DNA of 64,000 bases from Candidatus Omnitrophota bacterium (GCA_016177405.1 JACOVG010000024.1:71079-135078); one strand, 5' to 3'; shown: positions 37,128-47,412, counted from the first letter of the stretch. Program-made: numbers and translations. Notes: generated by a model not told the origin, from the letters alone.

Positions 37128-38215
37128 GGTTCCTCATTCCGGCGATCGTCATCCTGGCGGCGGCCCCCATCGGGATGATGGGGCTTACCTGGTATGAGAG
37201 AAAGGTCATTGCCCGGATGCAGGATCGCTTTGGTCCCAACCGGGTGGGCCCCTATGGATTGCTCCAGCCGATCGCCGATGGAATCAAGATGTTCACGAAG
37301 GAGGACCTGGTCCCCGAGGGGGCCGACCGCTTTTGCCATCTGCTGGCGCCGATTTTGATGGTGGTGCCCTCCCTTTTCCTTTTCACGGTTTTGCCTCTGG
37401 CGCCGGGCGCGGTGGCGGCCCCCCTGGCGACAGGCCTTTTGTTCTTCATGGCGGCGGGCTCTTCGGAGACCCTGGCCATCTTCATGGCCGGCTGGGGCTC
37501 GCGCAACAAGTTCTCCTTGCTGGGGGCGCTGCGTTCGGCGGCCCAGATGATCTCCTACGAGGTGCCGCTTCTTTTGACCCTGGCGGTTATTCCGTTGGTC
37601 GTGGGCAGCCTTAACCTGGTGGAGGTGGTCAAGGCCCAGGAGGGTTTCCGGTGGTTTTGCGCCACCCCGTGGGGGTTGACCGCCCTGGCTCTTACCCTGA
37701 TTGCCGGTTTGGCGGAGGTCAACCGCACCCCCTTTGACCTGCCGGAGGCGGAGTCCGAAATCGTGGCCGGCTTTCACACCGAGTTTAGCGGGATGAAGTT
37801 CGCCCTGTTCTACATGGCGGAGTTCTTGAGCACCCTGGCGCTGGCGGCCCTGGCGGCAATTCTCTTCTTGGGCGGCTGGGACGGGCCGGCCGCAGGCGTG
37901 GTGCCGGCGCGGTGGACGAACGCCCTCTGGATGACGGCCAAGACCTTGGGGATGGTCTTTGTCATGATCTGGATCCGGGGAACCTTTCCAAGATTCCGGA
38001 TGGACCAGCTCATGGGATTTGCCTGGAAGGTGATGGTGCCCTTGTCGCTGGCCAATGGGCTGGGGGCCTGCTTCTGGGTCCTCCGGCCGGGGCTTGCGGG
38101 GAACGTGGTTTCCGCGGCCTTGCCGCTGGGCGCCTTTCTTGTCTTCACCCAGCTGTGGCTGACGCCCAAGCCGCATCTGACCACGAAGTGGATTGACCCC
38201 GCGTTAAAGTTGTGA
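37097..38215 (+). CDS. nuoH: NADH-quinone oxidoreductase subunit H
   Basis: YERKVIARMQDRFGPNRVGPYGLLQPIADGIK. 8 TM. Start TTG 37097 or GTG ~37115. Confidence 0.8.
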   Translation: MAGGGAGVGLGFLIPAIVILAAAPIGMMGLTWYERKVIARMQDRFGPNRVGPYGLLQPIADGIKMFTKEDLVPEGADRFCHLLAPILMVVPSLFLFTVLPLAPGAVAAPLATGLLFFMAAGSSETLAIFMAGWGSRNKFSLLGALRSAAQMISYEVPLLLTLAVIPLVVGSLNLVEVVKAQEGFRWFCATPWGLTALALTLIAGLAEVNRTPFDLPEAESEIVAGFHTEFSGMKFALFYMAEFLSTLALAALAAILFLGGWDGPAAGVVPARWTNALWMTAKTLGMVFVMIWIRGTFPRFRMDQLMGFAWKVMVPLSLANGLGACFWVLRPGLAGNVVSAALPLGAFLVFTQLWLTPKPHLTTKWIDPALKL

Positions 38216-38249
38216 GAAATTAGTCGTTCGCCATGGAGGGTTTAACCTC

Positions 38250-38558
38250 ATGCCCAAGTTTGTGAAGGTGGCCACGACCAGTGAAATCCCGCCCGGCGGC
38301 GCCAAGTGCGTGGAGCCGGAAGGGAAGATGATCGCCCTCTTCAATCTGGGCGGCAGCTTCTACGCCATCGACAACAGTTGCACCCACGTGGGCGGGCCCC
38401 TGGCGGAAGGGGCGGTGGATGGCGAGGCGGTGGAATGCCCATGGCACGGGGCCCGGTTCAACATCAAGTCGGGCGACGTGCTCTCCGCTCCGGCGGGGGA
38501 GAACGTTCTTTCTTACAAGGTCCGCGTCAGCGGAAGCGACATCGAAATCGAAGTCTAA
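38250..38558 (+). CDS. Rieske [2Fe-2S] ferredoxin
   Basis: CTHVGGPL...CPWHGARF Rieske motifs. Length 102 aa. GGAGGG RBS upstream. Confidence 0.75.
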   Translation: MPKFVKVATTSEIPPGGAKCVEPEGKMIALFNLGGSFYAIDNSCTHVGGPLAEGAVDGEAVECPWHGARFNIKSGDVLSAPAGENVLSYKVRVSGSDIEIEV

Positions 38559-38573
38559 GGAGGAAAAGGCCCC

Positions 38574-38885
38574 ATGGCTTATGTCATCACGGCCAAGTGC
38601 TTAGGCGAGCAGTACGCCTCGTGCGTGGAGGTCTGTCCGGTGGACTGCATCTACCCCGGCGATCACAAGGGTGAGAAGTTCATGGTGATCGACCCGGAGA
38701 TCTGCATCACCTGCGGGGCCTGCCTGCCGGTCTGCCCCATCGGCGCCATTGTCGAATCCGAGGATTACGACCAGGAATTCGCCAAGGTCAACAAGGAGCT
38801 CTCCCCCGCCTTCAAGGGGAACGCCAAGGTTACCCCTCGCGCCTCCAACGATCCGCCCCGCAAGCCGACCAACAAGCTCGTTTAG
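38574..38885 (+). CDS. fdxA: 7Fe-type ferredoxin ([3Fe-4S][4Fe-4S])
   Basis: CxxxxxxCxxxCP ... CxxCxxCxxxCP arrangement (CLGEQYASCVEVCP; CITCGACLPVCP). Confidence 0.7.
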   Translation: MAYVITAKCLGEQYASCVEVCPVDCIYPGDHKGEKFMVIDPEICITCGACLPVCPIGAIVESEDYDQEFAKVNKELSPAFKGNAKVTPRASNDPPRKPTNKLV

Positions 38886-38895
38886 AGCCCGGGAG

Positions 38896-40410
38896 ATGGA
38901 TGCCGACCCCTCCCTCTCCGAAAACGACCGGTTTCTCGCCAAGGGGTACGGGCTCTACCCCCACCGCCAGGAGCCCGGCTTCTTCATGCTGCGGCTTAAG
39001 ATCCCCAATGGGGTTCTGAACGCTCTCCAGCTCAAGGCGATCGCCAAGATCGCCGCCGAGCAAAACAAGGGGTTCGCCGACCTCACCACCCGCCAGGGCA
39101 TTCAGCTTCACTGGGTGGCGGCGAGGGAGGTTCCGAGCATCCTGAACGAGCTTTCCTCCATCGGGATCACCACCCTGGGCGCCTCCGGGGATACCCTGCG
39201 CAACATCGTCGGCTGCCCCGTGGCCGGGGTGGATGCCTCGGAATATTTCGACGCCTCGCCGGTCCTGCGGCAGGCGCACGATTTCTTCGCTGGAAATCCC
39301 GAGTACGCCAATCTCCCCCGGAAGCTGAAGGTCTCCATCTCGGCCTGCCGGCAGCAATGCCAGCAGCCGGAAATCCACTGCGTGAGCTTTGTCGGGTTCG
39401 AGCGCGGCGGGGAGGGAGCGCTCGCGCCGTCTTTTGACCTCCGGGTGGGCGGAGGGTTGTCCACCAGGCCCTATTTCGCTAAGCGGCTTGATGCCGCCGT
39501 AGGTCTAAACCAGGTGGTCCCCACCTTAAAGGCCATCGCGGAGATTTACCGGGACGCCCCGGAGTATCGCGAGAGCCGCGTTCGGGCGAGAATGAAATTC
39601 CTTGTGGCCGACTGGGGGGTGGAGAGGTTCCGTCAGGCGCTTCAGGACAAGCTGGATTTTCCGCTGGAGTCCCCTGGGGCCCTCGAGGACCCGCCGGACA
39701 GTTACAAGGACCACACCGGGGTCCATGAGCAAAAACAGCCGGGCCTCTTTTTTGTCGGCGCGCCTGTCTTGATCGGGCGCGTCACCGATAAGCAGATGCG
39801 CCGGGCGGCGGAATTGGCCCAAACGTACGGGGACGGCTCGATCCGGCTCACCGTCAGGCAGAATCTCCTGATCCTGAATGTCCCCAAGGATAAAGTGGCG
39901 CAGGTGCTGGAGGGCCTGGAGTCGGTCGGCCTGGGGGTGAACGCCTCTCCCGTCGCGCGCGGGGTGGTCACCTGCACTGGGATCGAGTTCTGCAAGCTGG
40001 CGATCACCGAGACCAAGGCCCGGGCCCGGGAGATCGTGGAGCATCTTGAAAAACGGATTCACCTGGAGGAGCCCCTGCGGATCCACGTGACCGGCTGTCC
40101 CAGCACCTGCGTCCAGTCGCCCATTGCCCACATCGGCCTGCAGGGGTCCCGCCTCAAGGTGGGCGAGGAGCTGGTGGAGGCCTACGACGTGGCGGTGGGC
40201 GGCGAGCTGGGGCGCGACCGGACCTTCAACCACTTTGTCGCGCGCAAGATCCCGGCGGATGAGGTCAAGATTCGGCTGACACAGCTCTTGGCGGGCTACA
40301 AGAAACTGCGCGGGGCGGGTGAGGGCTTCAACGCCTTTTGCCGGCGGGTGGGGGACGAGGCGGTGGCCAAGCTTCTGGAGCCCTCCAAAGAGCCGGAGGC
40401 GGTGGGGTGA
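38896..40410 (+). CDS. ferredoxin-dependent nitrite/sulfite reductase, siroheme-[4Fe-4S] hemoprotein
   Basis: NiR/SiR ferredoxin-like half-domains. VTCTGIEFCKLA and HVTGCPSTCVQ cluster/siroheme Cys motifs. The true start is the ATG at 38896, inside the listed ORF. Confidence 0.8.
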   Translation: MDADPSLSENDRFLAKGYGLYPHRQEPGFFMLRLKIPNGVLNALQLKAIAKIAAEQNKGFADLTTRQGIQLHWVAAREVPSILNELSSIGITTLGASGDTLRNIVGCPVAGVDASEYFDASPVLRQAHDFFAGNPEYANLPRKLKVSISACRQQCQQPEIHCVSFVGFERGGEGALAPSFDLRVGGGLSTRPYFAKRLDAAVGLNQVVPTLKAIAEIYRDAPEYRESRVRARMKFLVADWGVERFRQALQDKLDFPLESPGALEDPPDSYKDHTGVHEQKQPGLFFVGAPVLIGRVTDKQMRRAAELAQTYGDGSIRLTVRQNLLILNVPKDKVAQVLEGLESVGLGVNASPVARGVVTCTGIEFCKLAITETKARAREIVEHLEKRIHLEEPLRIHVTGCPSTCVQSPIAHIGLQGSRLKVGEELVEAYDVAVGGELGRDRTFNHFVARKIPADEVKIRLTQLLAGYKKLRGAGEGFNAFCRRVGDEAVAKLLEPSKEPEAVG

Positions 40411-41531
40411 GGGTCATCGTGATCGGCGGGGGCGTGGTGGGGTTGGCCGCGGCCGACGAGCTGACCCAGCGGGGGATTTCGGTGGAGCTTCTGGAGAGAA
40501 ATCCCCGGGTCGGCCAGGAATCCTCGTCGGCGGCTGCCGGTATCTTGCCAGCCCACACCAACGAGGAAGGGCCAGGCCCTTTCCAGGAGCTTATCCAGCG
40601 GGGCTACGACGCTTTTCCGGGGGCTGCCCGGAGGCTCACGCGACTGACAGGGATTGATCTCCGTTTTAGGAAATCAGGCATGTTTTCCCTGGCTTTCCAG
40701 CCGGCCGACGAGGAGGACTTGGCCAGAGAGGAAGGCTGGCATCGGGCGGCCGGGATTGCCTGCCAGCGGCTCACGGCGCTGGAGGTCCGGAAGCTGGAAC
40801 CGCGGGTCAGCCAGGCGGCGCGGTCGGGCCTTTTTTATCCGGAGGTTTTTCAGGTGGACACAGGGCGCCTGGTGGAGGCCTACCTTCAGGTGGTGCAGGC
40901 CCAGGGGGCCCGGATCCGCGTGAATTCCCCGGCGAAGCGGTTTCTTCTTAAAGAGGATCAGGTGGTCGGAGTGGAGACGGCGGAGGGACCGCTTTTCGCC
41001 GATCGCGTGGTGAACTGCGCCGGCCCCTGGGCCGGGTTTGACGCCGGCCTGGCCTTCACGATCCCTGCCGTCCCGGTCCGGGGGCAAATGATACAGTTCC
41101 AGACAAGCCCTTCCTTTATATCCCATGTCTGCGCTAGCCCCCGCGCCTATTTGGTTCAGCGCGCCGCCGGCGTCTTGATTGCCGGCACCACGGTTGAATA
41201 CGCCGGCTTCGACAAACGGGTGACCGAGGAGGGGTTGGCGGCCATCCGCTCCGGGGCCCAGGAGCTTGCCCCGGGCGTCGGGAGGCTTCCAGTTCAAAAG
41301 AGCTGGGCGGGCTTGAGGCCCGGGACGCCGGACGGCCGGCCGGTCCTGGGCCCCGCCCCCTTGAAGAACCTCTTGCTGGCTTACGGCCATCACCGAAACG
41401 GCATCCTTCTGGCCCCCTTGACCGGCCGGGTGGCCGCCGATTGGGTGACGCAAGCCCAAGATCACCCGGAGCTGGCTCCCTTCGGGGTGAGCCGCTTCCT
41501 GGCGAAGCCGGACAGGGTTGTGGTATCCTAA
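40407..41531 (+). CDS. FAD-dependent oxidoreductase (glycine oxidase ThiO / D-amino-acid oxidase family)
   Basis: VIVIGGGVVGLAAADEL dinucleotide motif. ~374 aa. GTG start overlapping the upstream stop. Confidence 0.6.
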   Translation: MRVIVIGGGVVGLAAADELTQRGISVELLERNPRVGQESSSAAAGILPAHTNEEGPGPFQELIQRGYDAFPGAARRLTRLTGIDLRFRKSGMFSLAFQPADEEDLAREEGWHRAAGIACQRLTALEVRKLEPRVSQAARSGLFYPEVFQVDTGRLVEAYLQVVQAQGARIRVNSPAKRFLLKEDQVVGVETAEGPLFADRVVNCAGPWAGFDAGLAFTIPAVPVRGQMIQFQTSPSFISHVCASPRAYLVQRAAGVLIAGTTVEYAGFDKRVTEEGLAAIRSGAQELAPGVGRLPVQKSWAGLRPGTPDGRPVLGPAPLKNLLLAYGHHRNGILLAPLTGRVAADWVTQAQDHPELAPFGVSRFLAKPDRVVVS

Positions 41532-41535
41532 TCCC

Positions 41536-43362
41536 ATGAGCCTGGATTTTTCCTGGATGATCGGCGGGGCCCAGGGCTCCGGGGTGGACTCCTCCGCCAC
41601 CACCTTTGCCCGGGCCTGCGCGGCCGGGGGCCTGTGGGTCTTCGGCAAACGGGAATACCACTCCAACATCAAGGGTGAGCACTCCTACTTCCAGATCCGG
41701 GTTTCCGACCGCCCGATCCGTTCCCACATCGACGAGGTTCATCTCCTGGCCACCTTCGACAAAGAGACGATCACGGTCCATAAGGGCGAAGTGGTCCCAG
41801 GAGGCGCCATCCTTTACGACCCGGCCATCGTGAAGCCCGAGGAGATCGGCCGACCCGACTGCCTTTTGATCCCGGTGGTTTATCAGGAGATCATCCAGGC
41901 GACCGCCCGCGAGTTTCACCGGGAAAAGGAGCTGATGAAGCTTGCCATCATGAAGAACGTGGTGGCGGTGGCCGCCTCCCTGGGCTTGGTGGGACTGGAC
42001 TTCCAGCTTCTGAAGAAGACGCTGGAGGAGGTTTTTAAGGGGCGCCGGGCCGCCCTGGCGCCGATGAACATCCGGGCCGCCGAGCAAGCTTACCAATTCG
42101 CGGCGGGCCGCCGCCAGACGGACTACCCGCACCGGTTGAGGCCGATCGCGGTTCCTGCCGGAGAAAAGCGGATCATGATCAACGGCACCACCGCCACCGC
42201 CCTGGGCAAGGTGGTGGGGGGCTGCCGGTTCCAGACCTATTACCCGATCACTCCGGCCAGCGATGAGTCGGAGTACCTGGAGGCCCATCCGGAGTTCGGC
42301 GTCACGGTGATCCAGAGCGAGGATGAGATCGCGGCCGTCACCGGGGCGATCGGCGCCGCGGTGACCGGGGTGCGCGCCTCCACCTCCACCTCCGGGCCGG
42401 GCTTTTGCCTGATGGCCGAAGGGATGGGCTGGGCCGGCATGAACGAGGTGCCGGTCGTCATCTTCAACTATCAGAGGGCCGGCCCCTCCACAGGGCTTCC
42501 CACCCGCCACGAGCAGGGGGACCTGAAGTTCACCCTCTCGGCCAGCCACGGGGAGTTTCCGCGGCTGGTCCTGGCGCCCGGCGACCTGGAGGAGTATTTC
42601 TACGACGCCATCGACGCCTTCAACTATGCCGAGCGGTATCAGACGCCGGTGGTGGTGCTGGGCGACAAGGCCGTGGCCAACTCCACCCAGACCTTGCCCT
42701 GGTACGACCTGGGCGGCGTCCACATCGACCGGGGCCAGCTTCTCTCCGATGAGGAGCTGGCCGTCCAGGTGGCCTCGGAGGGCCGGTACAAGCGCTTCAA
42801 ATTCACGGAATCGGGGGTTTCCCCCCGCTCGCGCCCCGGACAGAAGCAGGGGATCTTCTGGCTCACCGGGGACGAGCACGACGAGACCGGCCACATCTGC
42901 GAGGAGCCGGAAAACCGGACCCGGATGATGGTCAAAAGGATGCGCAAGCTCGAAACCGCCGCCCGGGAGATCCCGATCGAGAAGAAGGTGAACCTCTTTG
43001 GCGACCGGGACGCCGACATCACCCTGGTCTCCTGGGGGTCGCCCAAGGGGGCGATCCTGGACGCGATGGAGCTCCTGAAGGCCGAGAAGATTTCGATCAA
43101 TTTTCTGCAGGTGCACCTGGTCCTCCCGTTCCCGACGGAATTCGTGGCGCAGGTGCTGGCCCGCGCCCGGCGCCGGGTGAATGTGGAGATGAACTACTCG
43201 GGCCAGCTCGCCCAGGTGATCCGGGAGAAAACCGGCATGGCGATGGACGCCTCGATTTTAAAGTGGAACGGACGGGCGATCTCCCAGAACGAAATCGTGG
43301 ACGGGGTGAAAAGGATCCTCAAGGCCCACGAGTCGAAGGTGGTGCTGACCCATGGCGTATAA
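41536..43362 (+). CDS. korA: 2-oxoacid:ferredoxin oxidoreductase alpha subunit (KorA/OorA type)
   Basis: N-terminal [15 protein letters not shown] and central [22 protein letters not shown] motifs of the OFOR alpha subunit. Alternative TTG start at 41518. Confidence 0.8.
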   Translation: MSLDFSWMIGGAQGSGVDSSATTFARACAAGGLWVFGKREYHSNIKGEHSYFQIRVSDRPIRSHIDEVHLLATFDKETITVHKGEVVPGGAILYDPAIVKPEEIGRPDCLLIPVVYQEIIQATAREFHREKELMKLAIMKNVVAVAASLGLVGLDFQLLKKTLEEVFKGRRAALAPMNIRAAEQAYQFAAGRRQTDYPHRLRPIAVPAGEKRIMINGTTATALGKVVGGCRFQTYYPITPASDESEYLEAHPEFGVTVIQSEDEIAAVTGAIGAAVTGVRASTSTSGPGFCLMAEGMGWAGMNEVPVVIFNYQRAGPSTGLPTRHEQGDLKFTLSASHGEFPRLVLAPGDLEEYFYDAIDAFNYAERYQTPVVVLGDKAVANSTQTLPWYDLGGVHIDRGQLLSDEELAVQVASEGRYKRFKFTESGVSPRSRPGQKQGIFWLTGDEHDETGHICEEPENRTRMMVKRMRKLETAAREIPIEKKVNLFGDRDADITLVSWGSPKGAILDAMELLKAEKISINFLQVHLVLPFPTEFVAQVLARARRRVNVEMNYSGQLAQVIREKTGMAMDASILKWNGRAISQNEIVDGVKRILKAHESKVVLTHGV

Positions 43363-44332
43363 GGCCTCCGACTACAAGACCGACGCTCACAACGACTGGT
43401 GCCCGGGCTGCGGCGACTTCGGCATCCTCTCCGCGGTCCAGCAGGCCCTGGCCGAGATGGATCTCGCGCCGGAGCAGGTTCTTCTTTTCTCCGGGGTGGG
43501 CTGTTTCGCCAAGACCCCCCATTTTGTCCGGACCTACGGCTGCCACACCCTTCACGGCCGGTCGCTGCCCTTCGCGGTGGGGGCCAAGCTGGGCAACCCG
43601 GAACTGACCGTGATCTCCCTGGGGGGCGACGGCGACGGCTACGGGATCGGGGCAGGGCACTTCCTTAATACGGGGCGCCGCAACCTGGACATGCTCTACA
43701 TGGTCTTCAACAACGGGGTCTATGGCCTCACCAAGGGCCAGGCCTCTCCCACCTTAAAGCAGAACGTCCAGACCAAGTCGCTTCCGATGCCCAACATCAA
43801 CGACGCGATCAACCCCCTGGCCGTGGCGCTGGCTGCCGGCTACACCTGGATCGCCCGAGGGTACGCCTACGACGGCAAGGGCCTGCGGGAGCTGATCCGG
43901 CAGGGGATCAACCACCGGGGGATGGCCCTGCTGGACGTCCTTCAGCCGTGCCCCACCTACAACACGGTGAACACCAAGGATTGGTACGAGGGGTTGGAGA
44001 TGGATGAGGAAACCGGCGTCAAGAAGCCCGCGGCCCCGCGAATCTACAAGCTTGCCGAAACCGGCTTCGACCCGGTCGTCCACAACCCCGACGATTCGGA
44101 AGAAATCTGCCAGAAGAAGGGGCAGGCCTTCCAGAAGTCCCAAGAGTGGGGCGATCGGATTCCGGTAGGGATCTTCTACCAGGTTAACCTCCCCACCTAC
44201 GAGGACCGCCTGAAGGAAAGAGTCCCAGCCCTCAAGCAGTTCAGCCCCTCCAACATTCCGATCTACGACCCTGCCACCGGCACCCCTTCCCTCGACATCT
44301 CCCCAGCCCTGTCCGACCTCCGCGTCTGCTGA
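43352..44332 (+). CDS. korB: 2-oxoacid:ferredoxin oxidoreductase beta subunit (TPP-binding)
   Basis: [24 protein letters not shown] motif. Confidence 0.85.
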   Translation: MAYKASDYKTDAHNDWCPGCGDFGILSAVQQALAEMDLAPEQVLLFSGVGCFAKTPHFVRTYGCHTLHGRSLPFAVGAKLGNPELTVISLGGDGDGYGIGAGHFLNTGRRNLDMLYMVFNNGVYGLTKGQASPTLKQNVQTKSLPMPNINDAINPLAVALAAGYTWIARGYAYDGKGLRELIRQGINHRGMALLDVLQPCPTYNTVNTKDWYEGLEMDEETGVKKPAAPRIYKLAETGFDPVVHNPDDSEEICQKKGQAFQKSQEWGDRIPVGIFYQVNLPTYEDRLKERVPALKQFSPSNIPIYDPATGTPSLDISPALSDLRVC

Positions 44333-44413
44333 TTTAAAGTCCGCTCCCTAAAGGTTTCTCCCGCCCGCCTCCCCAGGGTAGAATAGAGGCGGAATGAAAA
44401 GGAGAAACTTCAG

Positions 44414-44878
44414 ATGACGCAACCCTCGATTGTTTCCTATTACGGGCAAGACCACGACCGGTTGGACGGCCTGTTTAAGCAGTTCCAGGCTGGAAAGCGC
44501 TCCGATCCGGAAACGGCAGGGAAGACCTACCGGGAATTCATGGCGGGGCTTAAGCGGCACATTGTGTGGGAAGAGGAGATCCTGTTCCCGCTCTTTGAGG
44601 ACAAGACCGGCATGCGGGACGTTGGCCCCACGGCGGTCATGCGGATGGAGCATCAGCAGATCCGGGGCTTCCTGGATGCCATTCTTCAAAAGGTTGAGCG
44701 CCAGGAGGCGGCCAGCGACGCCGAAGAGGCCGCTCTTCTGGAGGTGCTTTCCGCGCACAACCAGAAGGAAGAGCAGATCCTCTATCCCCTCATCGACGAG
44801 CACCTAAGCGGCGCCGAGCGGGAGGACGTTTTCACCAAGATGAAGCACCTGGGAGGAAAAGATGCCTGGAACGGATGA
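44414..44878 (+). CDS. hemerythrin HHE cation-binding domain protein
   Basis: Two H..E/H helices (LKRHIVWEEEILFP; MRMEHQQIRGFLD; KEEQILYPLIDEHL). AAGGAG RBS. Confidence 0.6.
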   Translation: MTQPSIVSYYGQDHDRLDGLFKQFQAGKRSDPETAGKTYREFMAGLKRHIVWEEEILFPLFEDKTGMRDVGPTAVMRMEHQQIRGFLDAILQKVERQEAASDAEEAALLEVLSAHNQKEEQILYPLIDEHLSGAEREDVFTKMKHLGGKDAWNG

Positions 44879-45554
44879 GCTGGTCTTTTCTGGGGAGATG
44901 AAGGAAGGGGTCTACCGGGCGATCTACGGCCGCAGGGACATCCGTTCGCAGTTTATGCCGGAGCCCATCCCGGACGAGGTGCTCCTGCGGATTCTCCGCG
45001 CGGCCCATCACGCCCCTTCCGTCGGGTTCATGCAGCCCTGGAACTTTATTGTGATCGAGGACGCGGCGGCCCGTAGGGAGGTCAAGGAGTCCTTCGAGAA
45101 GGCCCACGCCGCCGCGAAGCAGCTCTTCCCGGAGCCCAAGCGCGCGGTCTACGGCTCCTTCAAACTGGAGGGGATCCTGGAGTCGCCTGTGAATGTCTGC
45201 GTTACGTGCGACCGGAGCCGGTTTGGCCCCGTGGTGATCGGCCGCACCTGCCAGCGTGAGATGGACCTCTACAGCGCGGTCTGCGCGGTGCAGAACCTGT
45301 GGCTGGCGGCGCGGGCGGAAGGGGTGGGCGTGGGCTGGGTCAGCATCGTCTATCCAAAGGACCTGAAGCGGATCCTGCGTCTCCCCTCCCAGGTGGTGCC
45401 CATCGCCTACCTGTGCCTCGGGTACGTGACGCATTTCCCGGAGGAGCCGGAGCTGCAGAAGGCGGGGTGGCTGCCGCGGCTGGCGCTTAAGGAGGTTGTC
45501 TTCACCGAACGCTGGGGTGACCGGACCGGCAGAATCTGCCAGGCGCTGGAGTGA
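44862..45554 (+). CDS. bluB: 5,6-dimethylbenzimidazole synthase BluB (nitroreductase family)
   Basis: VYRAIYGRRDIRSQFMPEPIPDEVLLRILRAAHHAPSVGFMQPWNF is very close to the BluB signature. Length 230 aa. Confidence 0.7.
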   Translation: MPGTDELVFSGEMKEGVYRAIYGRRDIRSQFMPEPIPDEVLLRILRAAHHAPSVGFMQPWNFIVIEDAAARREVKESFEKAHAAAKQLFPEPKRAVYGSFKLEGILESPVNVCVTCDRSRFGPVVIGRTCQREMDLYSAVCAVQNLWLAARAEGVGVGWVSIVYPKDLKRILRLPSQVVPIAYLCLGYVTHFPEEPELQKAGWLPRLALKEVVFTERWGDRTGRICQALE

Positions 45555-46477
45555 CGGTGGCGCCTCATCGGTTACAGGTATTTCTTATAGGGTGCGCTGC
45601 GCTCTTTTTTGCGTCGGGGTCTTACGCGCGGGAAGAACACAAACCGCTTCCGCCGCGCCCATTCTATTTCGTCCAAGATTCCAAGGGGCAGAACCACTCC
45701 TTTGGCCTTCGAGCGGCTGAAGATGGAAGGCTTACCTTAGAGGATGGATCCGGAAGATCCCTTGAGATGGTTCCTGACCCCAAGCGGCTTTTTGGAGCGG
45801 CCTTTTATCAGGATGAAAACAGTCTGGTGGCCATCGAAACGGACGGCACGGTTTTGTGGTATGGCGAGGAAAGCGGTATCTTTCAGCTAAAGAATAAGCG
45901 GTCCGTCGAATATCCGGCCAGCGTATTGAACGTCTTCTTCACTCGGGTTCCGGGTCTTGTTTATCTCCTTCTGGAGGATACCCAGGAGGCTGACCGGTTG
46001 AGGAACTCTCCCGAACAATCCTACGCGGATCGATATGGCCGGATTACCCTGCAGACTTCAGCCGAAGGCTGGCACGCGATTCCGGCGGAAGAGTTGACGC
46101 CGTCGTTTCTGACCGGCTGTTACACGATGGCTGGCAAGAAGGTGACTGTGAGCCTGCGAGAGGACGAGAGGATTGAGCTCTCCCTTCCGGAGCCCTTGGA
46201 TGAGCCGTTTAGATCCGGCCCTTACGATCCCCTGGCCGAGGCCATCTTTGTTTTTCCAAAAGAGGGAATCGTCTGTAAAACCCAAAAGGGCTGGTCATTG
46301 CATCGGATGGATGGCTCCCTGGTGAAGTGGTTCTCCGCAGAGGGGATAGAGGCTTTCTGGTGGGAAGAACCCACCGTAAAAGAGGGCAGTTTCTTTATCC
46401 ACTCTCGTACCGGGTACGGCGGCGGCACTTTCAAGCTGGATGCAGACTCCGGAACCCTTATCCGAACCGAGGATTAA
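45551..46477 (+). CDS. hypothetical secreted protein (signal peptide), on a low-GC island
   Basis: N-terminal hydrophobic signal ending ASGSYA. ~52% GC, against ~65% in the flanks. No recognisable motifs. Confidence 0.4.
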   Translation: MTVAPHRLQVFLIGCAALFFASGSYAREEHKPLPPRPFYFVQDSKGQNHSFGLRAAEDGRLTLEDGSGRSLEMVPDPKRLFGAAFYQDENSLVAIETDGTVLWYGEESGIFQLKNKRSVEYPASVLNVFFTRVPGLVYLLLEDTQEADRLRNSPEQSYADRYGRITLQTSAEGWHAIPAEELTPSFLTGCYTMAGKKVTVSLREDERIELSLPEPLDEPFRSGPYDPLAEAIFVFPKEGIVCKTQKGWSLHRMDGSLVKWFSAEGIEAFWWEEPTVKEGSFFIHSRTGYGGGTFKLDADSGTLIRTED

Positions 46478-46598
46478 CCTCTTGCCAGCGCGTAAAACCG
46501 TACCGTTTCCGGGAGTGCCGGGTTTCGAACTGCGGACCCGGCGCGTTTGGAACTGGTATCTAAATATATGAGGGGATTCCGAAATTATCGGAGGGAAA

Positions 46599-46775
46599 AT
46601 GAAGCCAAAGGGTGCGAAGAGTGTAGAAGCGCTTCATAAGGGGGCGATCAAGGCGCTTAAGAAAGCGGTGGAAAGAGCGCTGGCACAGCATAAATTGGCG
46701 GGGGTCCCTGCGGCCATTTGGCGGGACGGAAAGGTTGTTCTTTTATCCGGTCGTCGTTTGAAGAGGCCTCGTTGA
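46599..46775 (+). CDS. small hypothetical protein (58 aa, basic)
   Basis: Strong GGAGGG RBS 5 nt upstream of the ATG. Not in the ORF track because it is under 60 aa. Lies within the low-GC island. Confidence 0.25.
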   Translation: MKPKGAKSVEALHKGAIKALKKAVERALAQHKLAGVPAAIWRDGKVVLLSGRRLKRPR

Positions 46776-46846
46776 CGTGACGCGTAACCTGTCCCCTTGG
46801 TACCCGGTACCGTTAGCTCCCGTACTGTGGTGCTGAGGACCGCCGC

Positions 46847-47392
46847 ATGTTCTGGTTAACACTTACCCTCGGAATCTTAATGGGGCTGATTTCACGGGCC
46901 CTAATTAGAAGATTTATCCAGAAATCATTTCCGGGCATTACTGACGGTCATCTTGATGTACTGCTCATTATCTTGCTGCTTATTGTGGCTGCATTATCTG
47001 TTACTAAACACCGCGACGAGGAAGCGAAAAGAATGATCCTTAGGGACGTGGAGCGTAAAACGCAAGAAGTTGAGCGGCTTCCCGATGGTAGGTCGAGATT
47101 TGGCGTAGTGATAACTGGGAAGCCCATTGTAATATTGGAAGAGCACGGAAAGGCAATTTCTAAATTTAATATTGGAGATTTTGGTGGATGCCTCCAACAC
47201 TCTCAAAGAGCCATTCAGGCACATGAAGAGACGTTAGAAACGTTATCGCGGATCGCGAATTATGGGGTAGATGGAGGTGCCTATTTGCCAGCAAGAGAAA
47301 CAGCAAAGCTTTACGATCTCGCGGCGAGGTGTGCAGATCGTCTCGGTAAAGGTGAACTAGCTGCGCAATATCGAGAGAAAGCGAAGCAATAA
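46847..47392 (+). CDS. hypothetical membrane-anchored protein, on a low-GC island (~45% GC)
   Basis: One or two N-terminal TM helices (LTLGILMGLI; LLIILLLIVAAL) followed by a charged helical region. No recognisable family. Confidence 0.4.
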   Translation: MFWLTLTLGILMGLISRALIRRFIQKSFPGITDGHLDVLLIILLLIVAALSVTKHRDEEAKRMILRDVERKTQEVERLPDGRSRFGVVITGKPIVILEEHGKAISKFNIGDFGGCLQHSQRAIQAHEETLETLSRIANYGVDGGAYLPARETAKLYDLAARCADRLGKGELAAQYREKAKQ

Positions 47393-47412
47393 ATGGTGTA
47401 CATGAGATTGCG

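Noticed and set aside
41134-43116. 660-aa minus-strand ORF antisense to korA
   Set aside because: korA on the + strand has unambiguous OFOR motifs. The antisense ORF is a GC-frame artefact.
46500-46560. tRNA-like GGTTTCGAACTG motif (possible T-loop) in the low-GC island
   Set aside because: The flanking bases do not form a T-stem, an acceptor stem or an anticodon arm on either strand, so no cloverleaf can be drawn.
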